From the IMG/VR virus record IMGVR_UViG_3300029267_003703, positions 21,448 through 85,447 of that record: a stretch of DNA of 64,000 nt; one strand, given 5' to 3'. This DNA comes from a virus. This document shows, one piece after another, positions 19,707-30,000 of the stretch. The notes under the pieces are model-generated. The model made no database searches, was not told where the DNA came from, and saw nothing but the letters and a program-made list of their open reading frames with translations. Each line of letters begins with the position of its first letter. Position 1 is the stretch's first letter. Position numbers and translations under genes: made by a program.

Positions 19707-22700
19707 ATGGCGTGCACGCCTCCAGGCTGGAGTACCCAGGCATGGGGCTGGACCCCTTGGGGTAGTCTTCCTGGGGGCAACATCCCGTTCCACGAGCCCT
19801 TCACGACGTACTGTGTGGGGCCGTGCGGCGAGATGGAGGACATCCTGGCGTACCTGCCGGTGTCCATCTCTGGCGACTTCGGAACGAAGCTACCTGATCA
19901 AGACCTGTGCATGTGGAGCATTGCCGGCCCTTCCGGCGTGGCGATCCCCACGGTGCTCACGATCGAGCACGTTCCGGACCCGAACTCTCCGGCGCCGGCG
20001 GGCACGCCCCCAAGCTGGACGCTCGAGCTCACGGCCGAGCTCGTCTCCCTCCCCACGGAAGTGGAGAACAGCGTTGAGCACGTTTGGTTTGGTGTGTGGG
20101 ACGAGGACGGCAACTCGGTCGGCATCTACGTGTCGCAGACGCAGATTGGATGGGGGCCACGCGTGGGCGAGCAGCCCATCGGCATTCTGACCCCCGCGCA
20201 GCTCAACGGGTTCCACCTTGAGGAAGGTGTTTTCTACACCTTCCGCATCTCGGTCAACGACACGACGCAGGCCGTCTTCATCTACATCACGAAGACGGAC
20301 GACCTTCTACAGCCCGGAGGCACCCACGCTTTGCGGGCCATCGTGCCGCTGCCAGGGCAGGTCGGCAGCCACACGGAAGCGACGACCGTCAGCGTGCGCG
20401 GCAGCGCCGGGCACGAGGTGCACATCTGCCTCGACTCCATCTGTCTGGCTCCCGCGTTCATGGCCCCGAACATGCCGCCGATTGCGGACGCCGGCGAGGA
20501 GCAGGAGATCAAGCTCTGCACCCTCGGCGAGCTCGACGGCACCGGCAGCTACGACCCTGAAGGCTCCCCGCTCATCTACTACTGGCGGCTGACGGACGGC
20601 CCCGTGGCCAGCCAGTACGTGTTCGAGGGTCTGGACGGAAGCACCCAGCCACTTGCTATCCCTACCGGCTTCACGAACATCCTGAGCACCACGCTCATGG
20701 ACGACGAGTTCCTGAGCAAGGGGCTGCCGATTGGGATCGGTTCAGGGGACGTGCTTCTCATCGAGGGCATCGCCTACGACATCATCGCCGTCAACGCGAC
20801 GGAGATCACCATCAGCGGCGAGTTCCTCGAGGACAACTGGAGCGCCAAGTACTTCAAGGTGCTCAAGCAGTCCATCCTCGACGACCCCTCGAGCCCGACT
20901 CCGCACTTCTACCCGGACGCCCCGGGCTTCTACCGTTTCGAGCTCATGGTCAGCGACGGCGGCATCTTCTCGGAGCCGGACGTGACGGTGGTCGCCGTCC
21001 GCGAGTCCCCCATGCCCCGGGGCTGCACGCCGAACGTGGGGTTCATCTGGACCAACCTGTCCGACTTCTGGTCACTGGTAGAAGAAAGAGAAGTGATCGA
21101 GACCGTGTGGAGCGCGATCACGCAGATCGCCGCTGGTCAGCTGCTCACTTTGTGGCAGGTGGACTACAACAAGAGCCTGCGAGACATCCAGCGCTCGATG
21201 GTTCGCAAGTGGCTCTACTACGACCTGCTCATTCAGGAGCCCTTCTACGACCTGACCGAAGTCAAGAAGATGGACAACACGACCGGCTTCCTGACGGGCG
21301 CCGGCGGCGTAGTGCAGCCTCCTCCGTTGGGCGGTGTGACCTACGACTTGGACGCGGACTACAGCGGCGAGGACATCCAAGAGCACGACTGGCTCATCCT
21401 CGAGGGCGTGGGCTACCGAATCAAGAAGACCTCGGTCGTCGGCGGCGTGACGCGTCTGACTCTGTACGATGCCATTTACAACAACCCGCCCATCCCTTCT
21501 CTGCCGGACTGGACCATCGCACGGCCGACCACGAGCTCCCAGATCGACTTCTGGAGCGGGCTGGTGGTCGCCGGCGACAATGCCTTCGTCGAGGTGCTGA
21601 ACAACGAGACGGGTGAGGTGTTGTACCTGCAGGTCGACGTGCTCGGTGCGGCTCCGGAGAAGCCGGGCGGCGTCGCCTTGGACCCCACGGAGTACCTGCC
21701 GTACACCGACAACGACCTGTACACGCTGCACTTCATCGCGGTCTTCCGGCGGAAGTACACGCCGATCAACGACCGCATCCTGGACGTGCCGTACCTGCAG
21801 GTCATCCTCAAGGACCCGCCCGAAGACCAGGTACTTCAGCGCAACGTCGACTTCTTCATCGACATGTTCCGTGACCGTAAGTGCCTGCGCTTCGACAGCG
21901 TGTTCGTGCACGAGGAGCCCGGGTCAACGGTCCCCATCATCATCGTCGACGACCCGACCCCGCCGGCGAGGTTGTGGGCTGAGTTCACGTACATCGACAA
22001 CCGCCAGGTCATCGAGTCGAACTTCGGCGTCGCTGCGGACTTCACCCTCGACGACCTCGAGAAGATCCAAGCGGCCTCCCCCGGAGACTTGGACTATCTG
22101 TCGGCAGTTCAAGGGCTCTGGTACGTCTTCTTCCACGCGCCCACGCCGTACAATCTGCGCATCGGAACGCAGATTCTTCTTGGTCTGCCGTTCTCGGAAG
22201 AAGATGGGCTGATAGAGGAGATCAGGCCCAACTTCTCCGCGGCCGGCACGCGCGTCTTGATTCGGGACAAGGAGGAGACGGGCATCGTCCGATCCTACAC
22301 CTACCAAGATGGGCTGGACTTGGAGATCAACCCGGAGACGGGGGTCGAGTACGTGGAGGGCGACTCGATCCAGAAGTTCGCTCCGCTGTCCACGGGCGTG
22401 GTCGTCTATGACTACCTGAACAACCCGCAGTGGATGTCGGTCCTCATCAGTCAGGGCGTGTTTCGGGAGATCGAGAAGTTCCACAAGTTCTTCGTACGCA
22501 TCGAGAGCCCTGCCTTCTCTTTGGCCGGCGCCGTGGCGGCGCGCAAGCTGGCGCTGGCGGTCAAGCCCATGCGTACCTATCCCCTTACTGCGGTTCGGTA
22601 CGAGGTCGGGCCCGACGACATCGACATTACGGACATCATGGCCCTGACGGTCAAGCTCGGGCTGCACGACGGCCCATGCTTCGACTTGTGGGGGTCGGCC

Positions 22701-23591
22701 AACATCTGGAATGAGGGCGATCCCGGCGTGGTCACCATCTTCCCGCCTCCGGATGGACGGCCTGATCTGTTGACGGCACCCCCGGTGCCCGGCGTGGACA
22801 CCTTCACTCATCACGAGAACCAGCCTTGGCCTCCGGCCCCTTGGTACTCGAGCTGGGAGTCGGAGTACACGACGCACGAGCAGCATGACGTCGGTATGGC
22901 GGGGCTGGACAAGGCAGGAGGCTTCCACGCCCCCATCGTGTGGCCGCAGTTCCTGGACCCGAACCCTGTGCCCCTCGAGTCCTGGGACTTCGAGCTCGAG
23001 GCCATCAGGTTGTACTTCGAGCTCGATGGGGCGGCCGAGGCGACGCCCACGTACGACCTCGACATTCTGGTCAACAGCTTCGTCGTGCTCACCCTTCCGT
23101 TCACGGTCATCTGGCAGACCAACCCGCACGGCGGCAACGACTTCTTCGAGCTGCGCCACGTCCTGCCGGCGTCCCTCACCATCAATTCTGGTGACACGGT
23201 TCAGGTGCGCCTCTCCCCCAGCGGCGTCGGCACGGGTAACCCGAACTGGACCAACGTCGAGGGTCTGCTCTTCGGCAAGTATCTGTACGAGAACCCCGAT
23301 CTGATGTGGGGCTACGGCTATCAAGACCTGTGCCCTGACGACGAGATCCAGCTCACGCACTACATGGCGTGGGCCTCGCCCATGATGGTGCAGTACAACA
23401 CCATCTTTTCCTACGGCCTGCCGGTGTACCCGGCTTACGTGGACCCGGTCACGAGCACCATCGTGCTGGACCTGGGCAACCCCACTCTGAGCGTGCCTCC
23501 CGGCAGCGGCCTACCCGGCTGGAGCTTCGGGCAGGTTTTGAATCCGCCCCCGCCCCCGTATACTGGGTACGCATCCATCAAGGTGATCTGA
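19707..23591 (+). CDS. large baseplate/tail structural protein with PKD-like domain
   Basis: NMPPIADAG...LDGTGSYDPEGSPLIYYW is a PKD motif; 1294 aa in the structural block. Confidence 0.7.
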   Translation: MACTPPGWSTQAWGWTPWGSLPGGNIPFHEPFTTYCVGPCGEMEDILAYLPVSISGDFGTKLPDQDLCMWSIAGPSGVAIPTVLTIEHVPDPNSPAPAGTPPSWTLELTAELVSLPTEVENSVEHVWFGVWDEDGNSVGIYVSQTQIGWGPRVGEQPIGILTPAQLNGFHLEEGVFYTFRISVNDTTQAVFIYITKTDDLLQPGGTHALRAIVPLPGQVGSHTEATTVSVRGSAGHEVHICLDSICLAPAFMAPNMPPIADAGEEQEIKLCTLGELDGTGSYDPEGSPLIYYWRLTDGPVASQYVFEGLDGSTQPLAIPTGFTNILSTTLMDDEFLSKGLPIGIGSGDVLLIEGIAYDIIAVNATEITISGEFLEDNWSAKYFKVLKQSILDDPSSPTPHFYPDAPGFYRFELMVSDGGIFSEPDVTVVAVRESPMPRGCTPNVGFIWTNLSDFWSLVEEREVIETVWSAITQIAAGQLLTLWQVDYNKSLRDIQRSMVRKWLYYDLLIQEPFYDLTEVKKMDNTTGFLTGAGGVVQPPPLGGVTYDLDADYSGEDIQEHDWLILEGVGYRIKKTSVVGGVTRLTLYDAIYNNPPIPSLPDWTIARPTTSSQIDFWSGLVVAGDNAFVEVLNNETGEVLYLQVDVLGAAPEKPGGVALDPTEYLPYTDNDLYTLHFIAVFRRKYTPINDRILDVPYLQVILKDPPEDQVLQRNVDFFIDMFRDRKCLRFDSVFVHEEPGSTVPIIIVDDPTPPARLWAEFTYIDNRQVIESNFGVAADFTLDDLEKIQAASPGDLDYLSAVQGLWYVFFHAPTPYNLRIGTQILLGLPFSEEDGLIEEIRPNFSAAGTRVLIRDKEETGIVRSYTYQDGLDLEINPETGVEYVEGDSIQKFAPLSTGVVVYDYLNNPQWMSVLISQGVFREIEKFHKFFVRIESPAFSLAGAVAARKLALAVKPMRTYPLTAVRYEVGPDDIDITDIMALTVKLGLHDGPCFDLWGSANIWNEGDPGVVTIFPPPDGRPDLLTAPPVPGVDTFTHHENQPWPPAPWYSSWESEYTTHEQHDVGMAGLDKAGGFHAPIVWPQFLDPNPVPLESWDFELEAIRLYFELDGAAEATPTYDLDILVNSFVVLTLPFTVIWQTNPHGGNDFFELRHVLPASLTINSGDTVQVRLSPSGVGTGNPNWTNVEGLLFGKYLYENPDLMWGYGYQDLCPDDEIQLTHYMAWASPMMVQYNTIFSYGLPVYPAYVDPVTSTIVLDLGNPTLSVPPGSGLPGWSFGQVLNPPPPPYTGYASIKVI

Positions 23592-24301
23592 TGCCCTTCA
23601 GCGAAGACATCGACCTCAAGGTCAACGTTCGAATCGAGGCCCGAGAGCGCGGCAAGCTCGTGCGCGTCCACGAGAGCCACAACATCTTCCTGAACACGGG
23701 GCGCGACTGGCTTCGTCAGCTGATGTCCTTTCGAGAGGCGCCGGATCCGATGCCTCCGGAAGGCGTGTACGTCGACCCGTGTCAGGGCGGCACCGTACCG
23801 TACTACAACAGTCGGCACTCTCTCATCAGGTACATGGCCTTGGGCATCGGTGGCTCCAAGCAGATCTATCCGGCCGCGGAGTTCTTGGTGCCGCCGCTCA
23901 GCCACTACCAACCGCAGTCCTTCTTGCAGACGGACACCGACCCGCTGGTCTTCAAGCTCGAGATTCCGGTCGTGCTGGACCTTCTCGGTCAGCCCGTGCC
24001 GCCGCCGGCAGTGGGCCCGAAGTGGCTGGGGCAGATAGCCAATCCAGTTTTGCTCGGCACAGGCCCAGGGCACGTGAAGTACACCCGCTTGTTCGCGGAG
24101 GCCGAGATCTCTGTTCCTCCATTCGACAACGTCCCTCTCTCGGAGATCGGTCTGTACATCGACGATCCGGACCCGAACTACATACTGACGAAGCCTGACC
24201 CGGTCGCACCCCCGTACAACCTGGTCGCCTACGACCAGTTCAACACCATCGTGAAGACCAACGCCATCGCCCTGCAGGTCGATTGGACGTTCCGCATCTG
24301 A
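23591..24301 (+). CDS. putative baseplate / tail-collar protein
   Basis: Start at the TGATG overlap; HNIFLNTGRDWL...YMALGIG...LSEIGLY...IVKT...VDWTF pattern typical of fibre-attachment proteins. Confidence 0.6.
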   Translation: MPFSEDIDLKVNVRIEARERGKLVRVHESHNIFLNTGRDWLRQLMSFREAPDPMPPEGVYVDPCQGGTVPYYNSRHSLIRYMALGIGGSKQIYPAAEFLVPPLSHYQPQSFLQTDTDPLVFKLEIPVVLDLLGQPVPPPAVGPKWLGQIANPVLLGTGPGHVKYTRLFAEAEISVPPFDNVPLSEIGLYIDDPDPNYILTKPDPVAPPYNLVAYDQFNTIVKTNAIALQVDWTFRI

Positions 24302-24308
24302 GGTTGCA

Positions 24309-26993
24309 ATGACGATCTACCGGCTCACCGACATCGACTCCGACGACTACGTCCGCGCAGCCTTCTCCGGGCCCATCCCCCAGGTCGGTGTCGTCGAGTG
24401 GATCAACAACACCCCTGGGAGCCTCACACAGGCCCCGGTGAACGCTCCCCCGATCGCCCCAAACCCCTATCCAGGCACGCACTTCGTTGCGGACAAAGAG
24501 GATGCGTACGACGGCAACGCCAACCGGGCCCACGGAGCGTTGGCAGAGGGCATCGACGACCTCGACAACATCATGCATCGGGCCGTGGCGATCCCGTCGT
24601 ACGTCGACTGGACGCCCGCCGTTGGCGCGCACCCTACGTTCACCATTCCGCCGGTGTCCGGCCCCGTCTACTTGGGCGCTCCTATGTCCCCCGGCAACCT
24701 GGACCACATCTCGTTGGTGTACGCCAGCAACCACGCTGCGGTTCTCGACGGAGCCGGCAACCGCATCGTGGCCTCGGGGCTCGTACCCGGTATCGGGGCC
24801 GGGTCCCTGATCAACGGGTTCTCCCCGGGCACCGGCGTCGACATTACGTGGAGCGCCCCGGTCACCGGGGACGCCGCCACTGTCTACCGCATCTACTACG
24901 GAAAGAAGAACAGTCTCGGCGCGCTTGGCCGCGGCGATCTGAGCCGGCTGGCCGTGTTCAACACCGAGGCGGTGGGCGCGGCCGTGCAGCAAGTCCTCAA
25001 GCTTCTGCACGCCCCCGCAGCTCTCGGGCAGCAGTGGAACGACCCGTGGCAAACGACGATCTACGACGTCGCTTTCGGGGGCTTCAACTCTCGGTACAAT
25101 CGAGCGACGCAGGCCCTGACGGACGAGACCGCGTTGCAAACGTCCCTGGCCGCGCTCGAATGGGGCATCCCCGACGTGACGCTCGACACCCCGGGGGGCG
25201 GCTCTTGGCTAGAACGTACTGGCCCGGCCCCCTTGTCCATCAGCCACAAGGCTGCGGGCGAGTACTACCTCGACAAGTTCGACGCCATGTGGCGCGCGGT
25301 GAACCTTGACGTGAACGCGGCACCCAAGTACGGAGGCTCTTCCGGCTTCGTGATGGTGGGCGCTCGAGGAACGTTCACCGGCATCACGGCTACGCAAAGG
25401 GCTCGGGGTCTGGCGGGGTTCCTCCATACGACCATGCTCGGCATGACGTCCGGATCTTCCTACGCACCGTTCCTTTACACCTGCGTGAGTGACGGGGCGG
25501 CGGGGACCCTTTCGTGGACGACGCCGCCGGGGTCCATCACCACCACCGAGCTCGAGCTCACCGTGGACTCTGCCGACTTTTTCTGGAAGACGGTCGGTGT
25601 CGACAGCCGGACAGGCATCTGCTGCGGCGTTGACATGATCGAGCTTCGGAACGTTTCCGGTACTCAGACCGGGGTGTACGTCATCTATGCGCTGAACGCC
25701 GGGAATGCTCGAAAGTGTTACCTGCGGCACTTGTCAGGCCATCAGGTCACGGTGGCTTCTCTCGACACGGACGTCACCTACCGGCTGCACAACGTCATCC
25801 ACTACACCAGCGACGGCGTGTCGGAGATGGAGTGGAACCTGGCGTTTGTTGGTGGCTTCTCCCACCAGCCGGCTGTGCAGCTGTACGGGTCCGGGTACTT
25901 CCAGGCCCCTCTCATGGGCATGGCAGGGGCCACCCCCCTGCTACCGCCTATGCCTTTCAGTGTGTGGGGTACAGAGGGGCAGGCGATCCCCTCGCTGTGG
26001 TGGGGCGGTCGGGCCCTCAATGTTGACCCGGCCAGCGACCAGACTCCCCTCATACCGAAGGGCATGTTGATGCCCAACGGCAACGTCTGGGCACCCGGGC
26101 TGTTCGTCGACGACATCGGTCGCTACGACTTCATGAACCCGACTCTCCCCATTGACGTGCACTCGAACATCCGCCTCGACACAGGGCTCGGGTTGGTCGC
26201 CGACGGCCTGTTCACTCTCGGGTTGGCCCCAAGGTCGGGCACTGGCATTACGTGCGATGGCGACTTCACATTGACCCCGCCGACGGCCAAGTTGACCGCA
26301 CCGTTCGTCGACGTGTTGGACACGCTTACCGCTGCCGTGGTCGACACTCCATCCGCGCTTGTCGACGTACTGGACGTGACGGAAGTGCGCAGCATGCCCG
26401 GGACATACGTTCTGTTCTCTCACGACCTGCGGGGCGGCCCCGGTGTAGAGCTCCTCTTCAATCGCGCGAACGTCGACTACATCAAGTCGCGCAGCGGCGG
26501 CACCCCCGTCTACATGGAGGACGGCTTGTTTTCCATGGGGGCCGCGTCGTTCGACAACAGAACTCAGTGGGTCAGGTCTACGGAGCTGGTGTCGTTCGTC
26601 ACGGCAAACACCATGGCCGTCGAAGTCGCGAACGCCGACATGCCGTACAGAGACATTCGGGTGGACGGCACGTGGGGCGGTGGCACGGCCCTGTGGTACC
26701 TGCAGTTGGAGCTCAACGCCACGAAGTTGGTTCATGGTACCGTGCACTACGTTACGGTGCGGGGCGACTTCAACATGGCCGGCCCGGGTATCCAGATTGA
26801 GTTTGTGGGTACCAGCGGCACGTTGGTCGTCACTGACTCATCCGACCCGCCCGCTCCACAATACGCCTTGTCGGCGTCTGGAGGCGACCAGACGGCAACA
26901 TTCAAGTTGTTCGTGGCTGCGCAGGGCGGCATCGCCGGTACGCCGGCCGGCAAGGTGGTATACGTTGAGCGGATGGGCCAGCTGCTCACCTAG
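24309..26993 (+). CDS. large virion structural protein
   Basis: 894-aa beta-rich ORF with SD, in the structural operon. Confidence 0.65.
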   Translation: MTIYRLTDIDSDDYVRAAFSGPIPQVGVVEWINNTPGSLTQAPVNAPPIAPNPYPGTHFVADKEDAYDGNANRAHGALAEGIDDLDNIMHRAVAIPSYVDWTPAVGAHPTFTIPPVSGPVYLGAPMSPGNLDHISLVYASNHAAVLDGAGNRIVASGLVPGIGAGSLINGFSPGTGVDITWSAPVTGDAATVYRIYYGKKNSLGALGRGDLSRLAVFNTEAVGAAVQQVLKLLHAPAALGQQWNDPWQTTIYDVAFGGFNSRYNRATQALTDETALQTSLAALEWGIPDVTLDTPGGGSWLERTGPAPLSISHKAAGEYYLDKFDAMWRAVNLDVNAAPKYGGSSGFVMVGARGTFTGITATQRARGLAGFLHTTMLGMTSGSSYAPFLYTCVSDGAAGTLSWTTPPGSITTTELELTVDSADFFWKTVGVDSRTGICCGVDMIELRNVSGTQTGVYVIYALNAGNARKCYLRHLSGHQVTVASLDTDVTYRLHNVIHYTSDGVSEMEWNLAFVGGFSHQPAVQLYGSGYFQAPLMGMAGATPLLPPMPFSVWGTEGQAIPSLWWGGRALNVDPASDQTPLIPKGMLMPNGNVWAPGLFVDDIGRYDFMNPTLPIDVHSNIRLDTGLGLVADGLFTLGLAPRSGTGITCDGDFTLTPPTAKLTAPFVDVLDTLTAAVVDTPSALVDVLDVTEVRSMPGTYVLFSHDLRGGPGVELLFNRANVDYIKSRSGGTPVYMEDGLFSMGAASFDNRTQWVRSTELVSFVTANTMAVEVANADMPYRDIRVDGTWGGGTALWYLQLELNATKLVHGTVHYVTVRGDFNMAGPGIQIEFVGTSGTLVVTDSSDPPAPQYALSASGGDQTATFKLFVAAQGGIAGTPAGKVVYVERMGQLLT

Positions 26994-27001
26994 GAGGTAT
27001 C

Positions 27002-27343
27002 ATGGACTTCGGACTCGACACGTTCCTCAGTTGGCAGACCGCACTGTTTGCCTGCGGCATCTACGCGGTCGTCTTCATCCTGCGTCGGCTCGTGGAGTTC
27101 TTCTACAAGAAGGCGAAGTACCAGGAGTGGTGGAAGCTCACCCTCACCCTCTTCCCCGGGGCGCTCGGCGCGCTTGCCGGGGTGTTCCTGACCGCGTTCC
27201 CGTACCCGGAGGTGCTCACCAACGGCACCGGGCGAGGGGTGTACGGTCTGGTGATTGGCCTTGCTTCAGGCGTCATCTACCGGATCGTCAAGCGCATCAT
27301 CAAGCAGAAGTTCCCACAGGCGTTTGAAGAGAAGAAGGAATGA
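27002..27343 (+). CDS. putative holin
   Basis: Three hydrophobic segments and a basic C-terminal tail; AGGAGGT SD; end of the structural block. Confidence 0.65.
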   Translation: MDFGLDTFLSWQTALFACGIYAVVFILRRLVEFFYKKAKYQEWWKLTLTLFPGALGALAGVFLTAFPYPEVLTNGTGRGVYGLVIGLASGVIYRIVKRIIKQKFPQAFEEKKE

Positions 27344-27675
27344 CCTTCTTTAGGGCATGGGCGTGGTTCAAGAAGTGGGGAGGTTGGGTCTTCGGCGGCC
27401 TAGCTTCCCTGGTCGCCATGCTCATCTTCTGGCGGAGGGAGCAGGCGGTCAAACCTTCGATCCGCGAGGTTGAAGATGCCGTCGAAGAAGAGGCGGAGCG
27501 CAAGAAGCGCGAGGAAGCTGCAAAAGGCGAGCGCCAGGAAAACGTAGTCCACGAGGAAGCCTCTGGTAAACGAGAGGCCATCATAACCGAACTCGAGGGC
27601 AACGCCGAAGGCAAAGACGACCCCGACAAGGTTGCCGAGTTCTTGAAGGATGTCGGCGACGAGATGAGGCACTGA
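27340..27675 (+). CDS. membrane-anchored coiled-coil protein (possible spanin component)
   Basis: N-terminal TM segment then a charged helix; ATGA overlap with the holin. Confidence 0.5.
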   Translation: MTFFRAWAWFKKWGGWVFGGLASLVAMLIFWRREQAVKPSIREVEDAVEEEAERKKREEAAKGERQENVVHEEASGKREAIITELEGNAEGKDDPDKVAEFLKDVGDEMRH

Positions 27676-27908
27676 TGGCAACACCGACCGAAGAGTACAT
27701 GGGGTACGCCGCCCGCATCATGGTGGTGCTCAACAACCACTCCGGGCCGGGGGAGTCAGAGGAGATCAGCCCTCTGCGTGAGGAGCTGACTCGTTTGGCC
27801 GAGGCGTTTCCGGATGAGATCGGCCCCCTCGACAAGTCCGCATCGGCGGTGGTCCAGTGGGTCATCGCCGGCTACGGGAGCGAGGTGTACACGCCTCCGG
27901 AGGTGTGA
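27675..27908 (+). CDS. hypothetical protein
   Basis: TGATG coupling with the upstream gene. Confidence 0.6.
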   Translation: MATPTEEYMGYAARIMVVLNNHSGPGESEEISPLREELTRLAEAFPDEIGPLDKSASAVVQWVIAGYGSEVYTPPEV

Positions 27909-27909
27909 C

Positions 27910-28677
27910 GTGGAAGCTGCCAAGATCGTTCTGAACCTTCCCGAGAAGCCCGGCCAAGATCGAGAGGAGACCCTCATCGAACTGGTGAAGGCCGGGGAGT
28001 ACCTGCCCATTCAATGGTGCGCGTTTCGCAGCTCTCACAAGGGGCACAACGCCATCATCTTGTGCACGGCTGACGCGCTTCAGGTGGGGACGCCCGAAGA
28101 CTCCCTGCGCATCAACGTGACGCACACCGGCGCGCAGCGCATCGCCGACATCCTCGGCTTGCGGCTGCCGACCACCAAGATCGCAGACCTCATCCACCAA
28201 GAGGCCACCGTCCGCATCACCCCCTGCACGCAGACGCCTGACGCGCGCATGGCGGACACCTCGAGGATGTACCAGCACAGCCGCGCGGTCGGTGCCAAGA
28301 CCAAGGGGCGCGGCGGGCTGACGTCTACCGTGGGCAAGGATTGGGTGTTGACCAACCGGCTCAAGGGCAAGCCCGACAAGGGCGCGAACTTCGGCTGGCA
28401 CGTGGAGAAGGGCAGCTACTACAGCCCAGGCGGGCTACCGGTGCTTCAGCCCCTCGGCCTGGCCCACAACCGGCATCACGTGGACTACTCGCAGGTTCTG
28501 CGGCTCATCCACCCCGTCGTGACAGTGGACGGCAAGGACATGAACCTCGACGACGTTCTTCAGGACGATGAGCTCAGCGGTCTCGTCAGCGACGAGGGGC
28601 CGCTTGAGATCGTCCGGCATCCAGGGGTCGAGCCCCCGAAGCACGTTACGCCGCCGCCCCTTGCCTGCGGCGCTTGA
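27910..28677 (+). CDS. candidate endolysin of unrecognised family
   Basis: GGAGGT SD before GTG 27910; His-rich motif NFGWH...AHNRHHVDYSQ; last gene of the holin cassette. Confidence 0.45.
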   Translation: MEAAKIVLNLPEKPGQDREETLIELVKAGEYLPIQWCAFRSSHKGHNAIILCTADALQVGTPEDSLRINVTHTGAQRIADILGLRLPTTKIADLIHQEATVRITPCTQTPDARMADTSRMYQHSRAVGAKTKGRGGLTSTVGKDWVLTNRLKGKPDKGANFGWHVEKGSYYSPGGLPVLQPLGLAHNRHHVDYSQVLRLIHPVVTVDGKDMNLDDVLQDDELSGLVSDEGPLEIVRHPGVEPPKHVTPPPLACGA

Positions 28678-29272
28678 AGTACGCCTCGCTCTGCTGCTGT
28701 TGAGCGAACTGCTTCGGCAGAATCTTCTCGAGCTCGTCCGGCAGCATCCCCGACTTGACCATCTTCACGAGCACCTCGCCGCACGCCCGGGCGTCGGCCG
28801 TGGCCTCGTGCGCGTCCTCGAGGACGACTCCCCAGCGGTTGCACACGTCTCCGAGCTTGCCCCCACGGGCGAACTTGTTCAGGACGCGGTCGATGGTCAT
28901 CGTGCACAGGATGGCGTCGGGCTTTGGCATCTCGAAGCCCAGCCGCTCGAACTCCTGCTGCAGCATCCGCTCATCGAAGCTGGAGTTGTGCGCGACCCAC
29001 ACGGGGTAGCGGAGGAGCTGCTCGCTGATCTCCTCTACCATCTCCTCGAAGCGGTACGCGGTGGCCAGCTTCTCCATCGTCAGGTGATTGATGTCAAGGG
29101 CCTCTCGGACCTGTGGGTCATTCGGGTCGGCGTGCTTTGGCCGGATCATGGTGTCCCAGACTTCTACTTCCCTCCCATCTTCGAAGAAGACCAGAGACAG
29201 TTCGACGATCTCGTCGGTCTTGCGGAAGCCTGTGGTTTCAGTGTCGAACGCCATTACTCTTTCGTGCCACAT
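28646..29272 (-). CDS. DEDDh 3'-5' exonuclease (DnaQ/Pol III epsilon-like)
   Basis: FDTETTG, VAHNSSFD and HEATADA motifs. Confidence 0.92.
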   Translation of the reverse strand: MWHERVMAFDTETTGFRKTDEIVELSLVFFEDGREVEVWDTMIRPKHADPNDPQVREALDINHLTMEKLATAYRFEEMVEEISEQLLRYPVWVAHNSSFDERMLQQEFERLGFEMPKPDAILCTMTIDRVLNKFARGGKLGDVCNRWGVVLEDAHEATADARACGEVLVKMVKSGMLPDELEKILPKQFAQQQQSEAYFKRRRQGAAA

Positions 29273-29346
29273 GGTCTATTCATCTATCAGAAGATGAAAG
29301 AAGAAGCAACTTGTCTGTTTTGCCCCTCGGCGAGTAGACTGCGAGC

Positions 29347-30000
29347 ATGCAGCCCGCCGTCTATGAATCGTGCGCCCGATCGCTGCTGAAGATTGCGGCC
29401 ACGAACCAGCAGATGCACGAAGCCATCTCGAAGATGGCGCCCAAGGGCGTGCACGTGATGACGGACCCGACGAGGGGCCGAGTGCGAGAGAACTGGGGAG
29501 GCGGGGTGTTCGGGCCTCACCACCTACTCGAGGAGGCGCTGGGCCCCAGCCTCAAGAAGAGGCTGCCCAAGGGCAAGATCGTCATGACCTCTTCGGGCAG
29601 AGACCCCACTACGCTGGCGCACGAGATGGGCCACGCCCAGTTCGACGAGTCGCTCATCGGGCGGACTGTGCAGAACCCGTACGTGCGGGGGCTGAGCTCC
29701 CGTCTTGCCCCCATTGTGGGGGCCGGGGTCGGGTACGCTGCCGGTGCGGCTACGCGCAGTCCTCTCGCGGGTGCCGCCGCCGGCGCAGCGGTGTCGGGCA
29801 TCGGGCATCTGCCGACCCTTTTGAGTGAGGGCATGGCCAGCATGAAGGCGGTGGACAACCTGCGCGCCGCCGGCGCAAGCGACGCCCAGGTGGCGGCAGC
29901 CAAGCGCGACATGGGCAGGTGGCTCCTCACCTACATGAAGGACCCTGCCTTGCACATGGCCGCAGGCGTGATTGCTGGTGGGGCCGGCGGTGCCGCATGA
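29347..30000 (+). CDS. membrane zinc metallopeptidase (YugP/Zn_peptidase_2-like) with N-terminal K-x-A leader
   Basis: LAHEMGHAQ (HExxH), two Gly/Ala hydrophobic helices, then TLLSEGMAS..AV..L and LLTY. Confidence 0.65.
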   Translation: MQPAVYESCARSLLKIAATNQQMHEAISKMAPKGVHVMTDPTRGRVRENWGGGVFGPHHLLEEALGPSLKKRLPKGKIVMTSSGRDPTTLAHEMGHAQFDESLIGRTVQNPYVRGLSSRLAPIVGAGVGYAAGAATRSPLAGAAAGAAVSGIGHLPTLLSEGMASMKAVDNLRAAGASDAQVAAAKRDMGRWLLTYMKDPALHMAAGVIAGGAGGAA

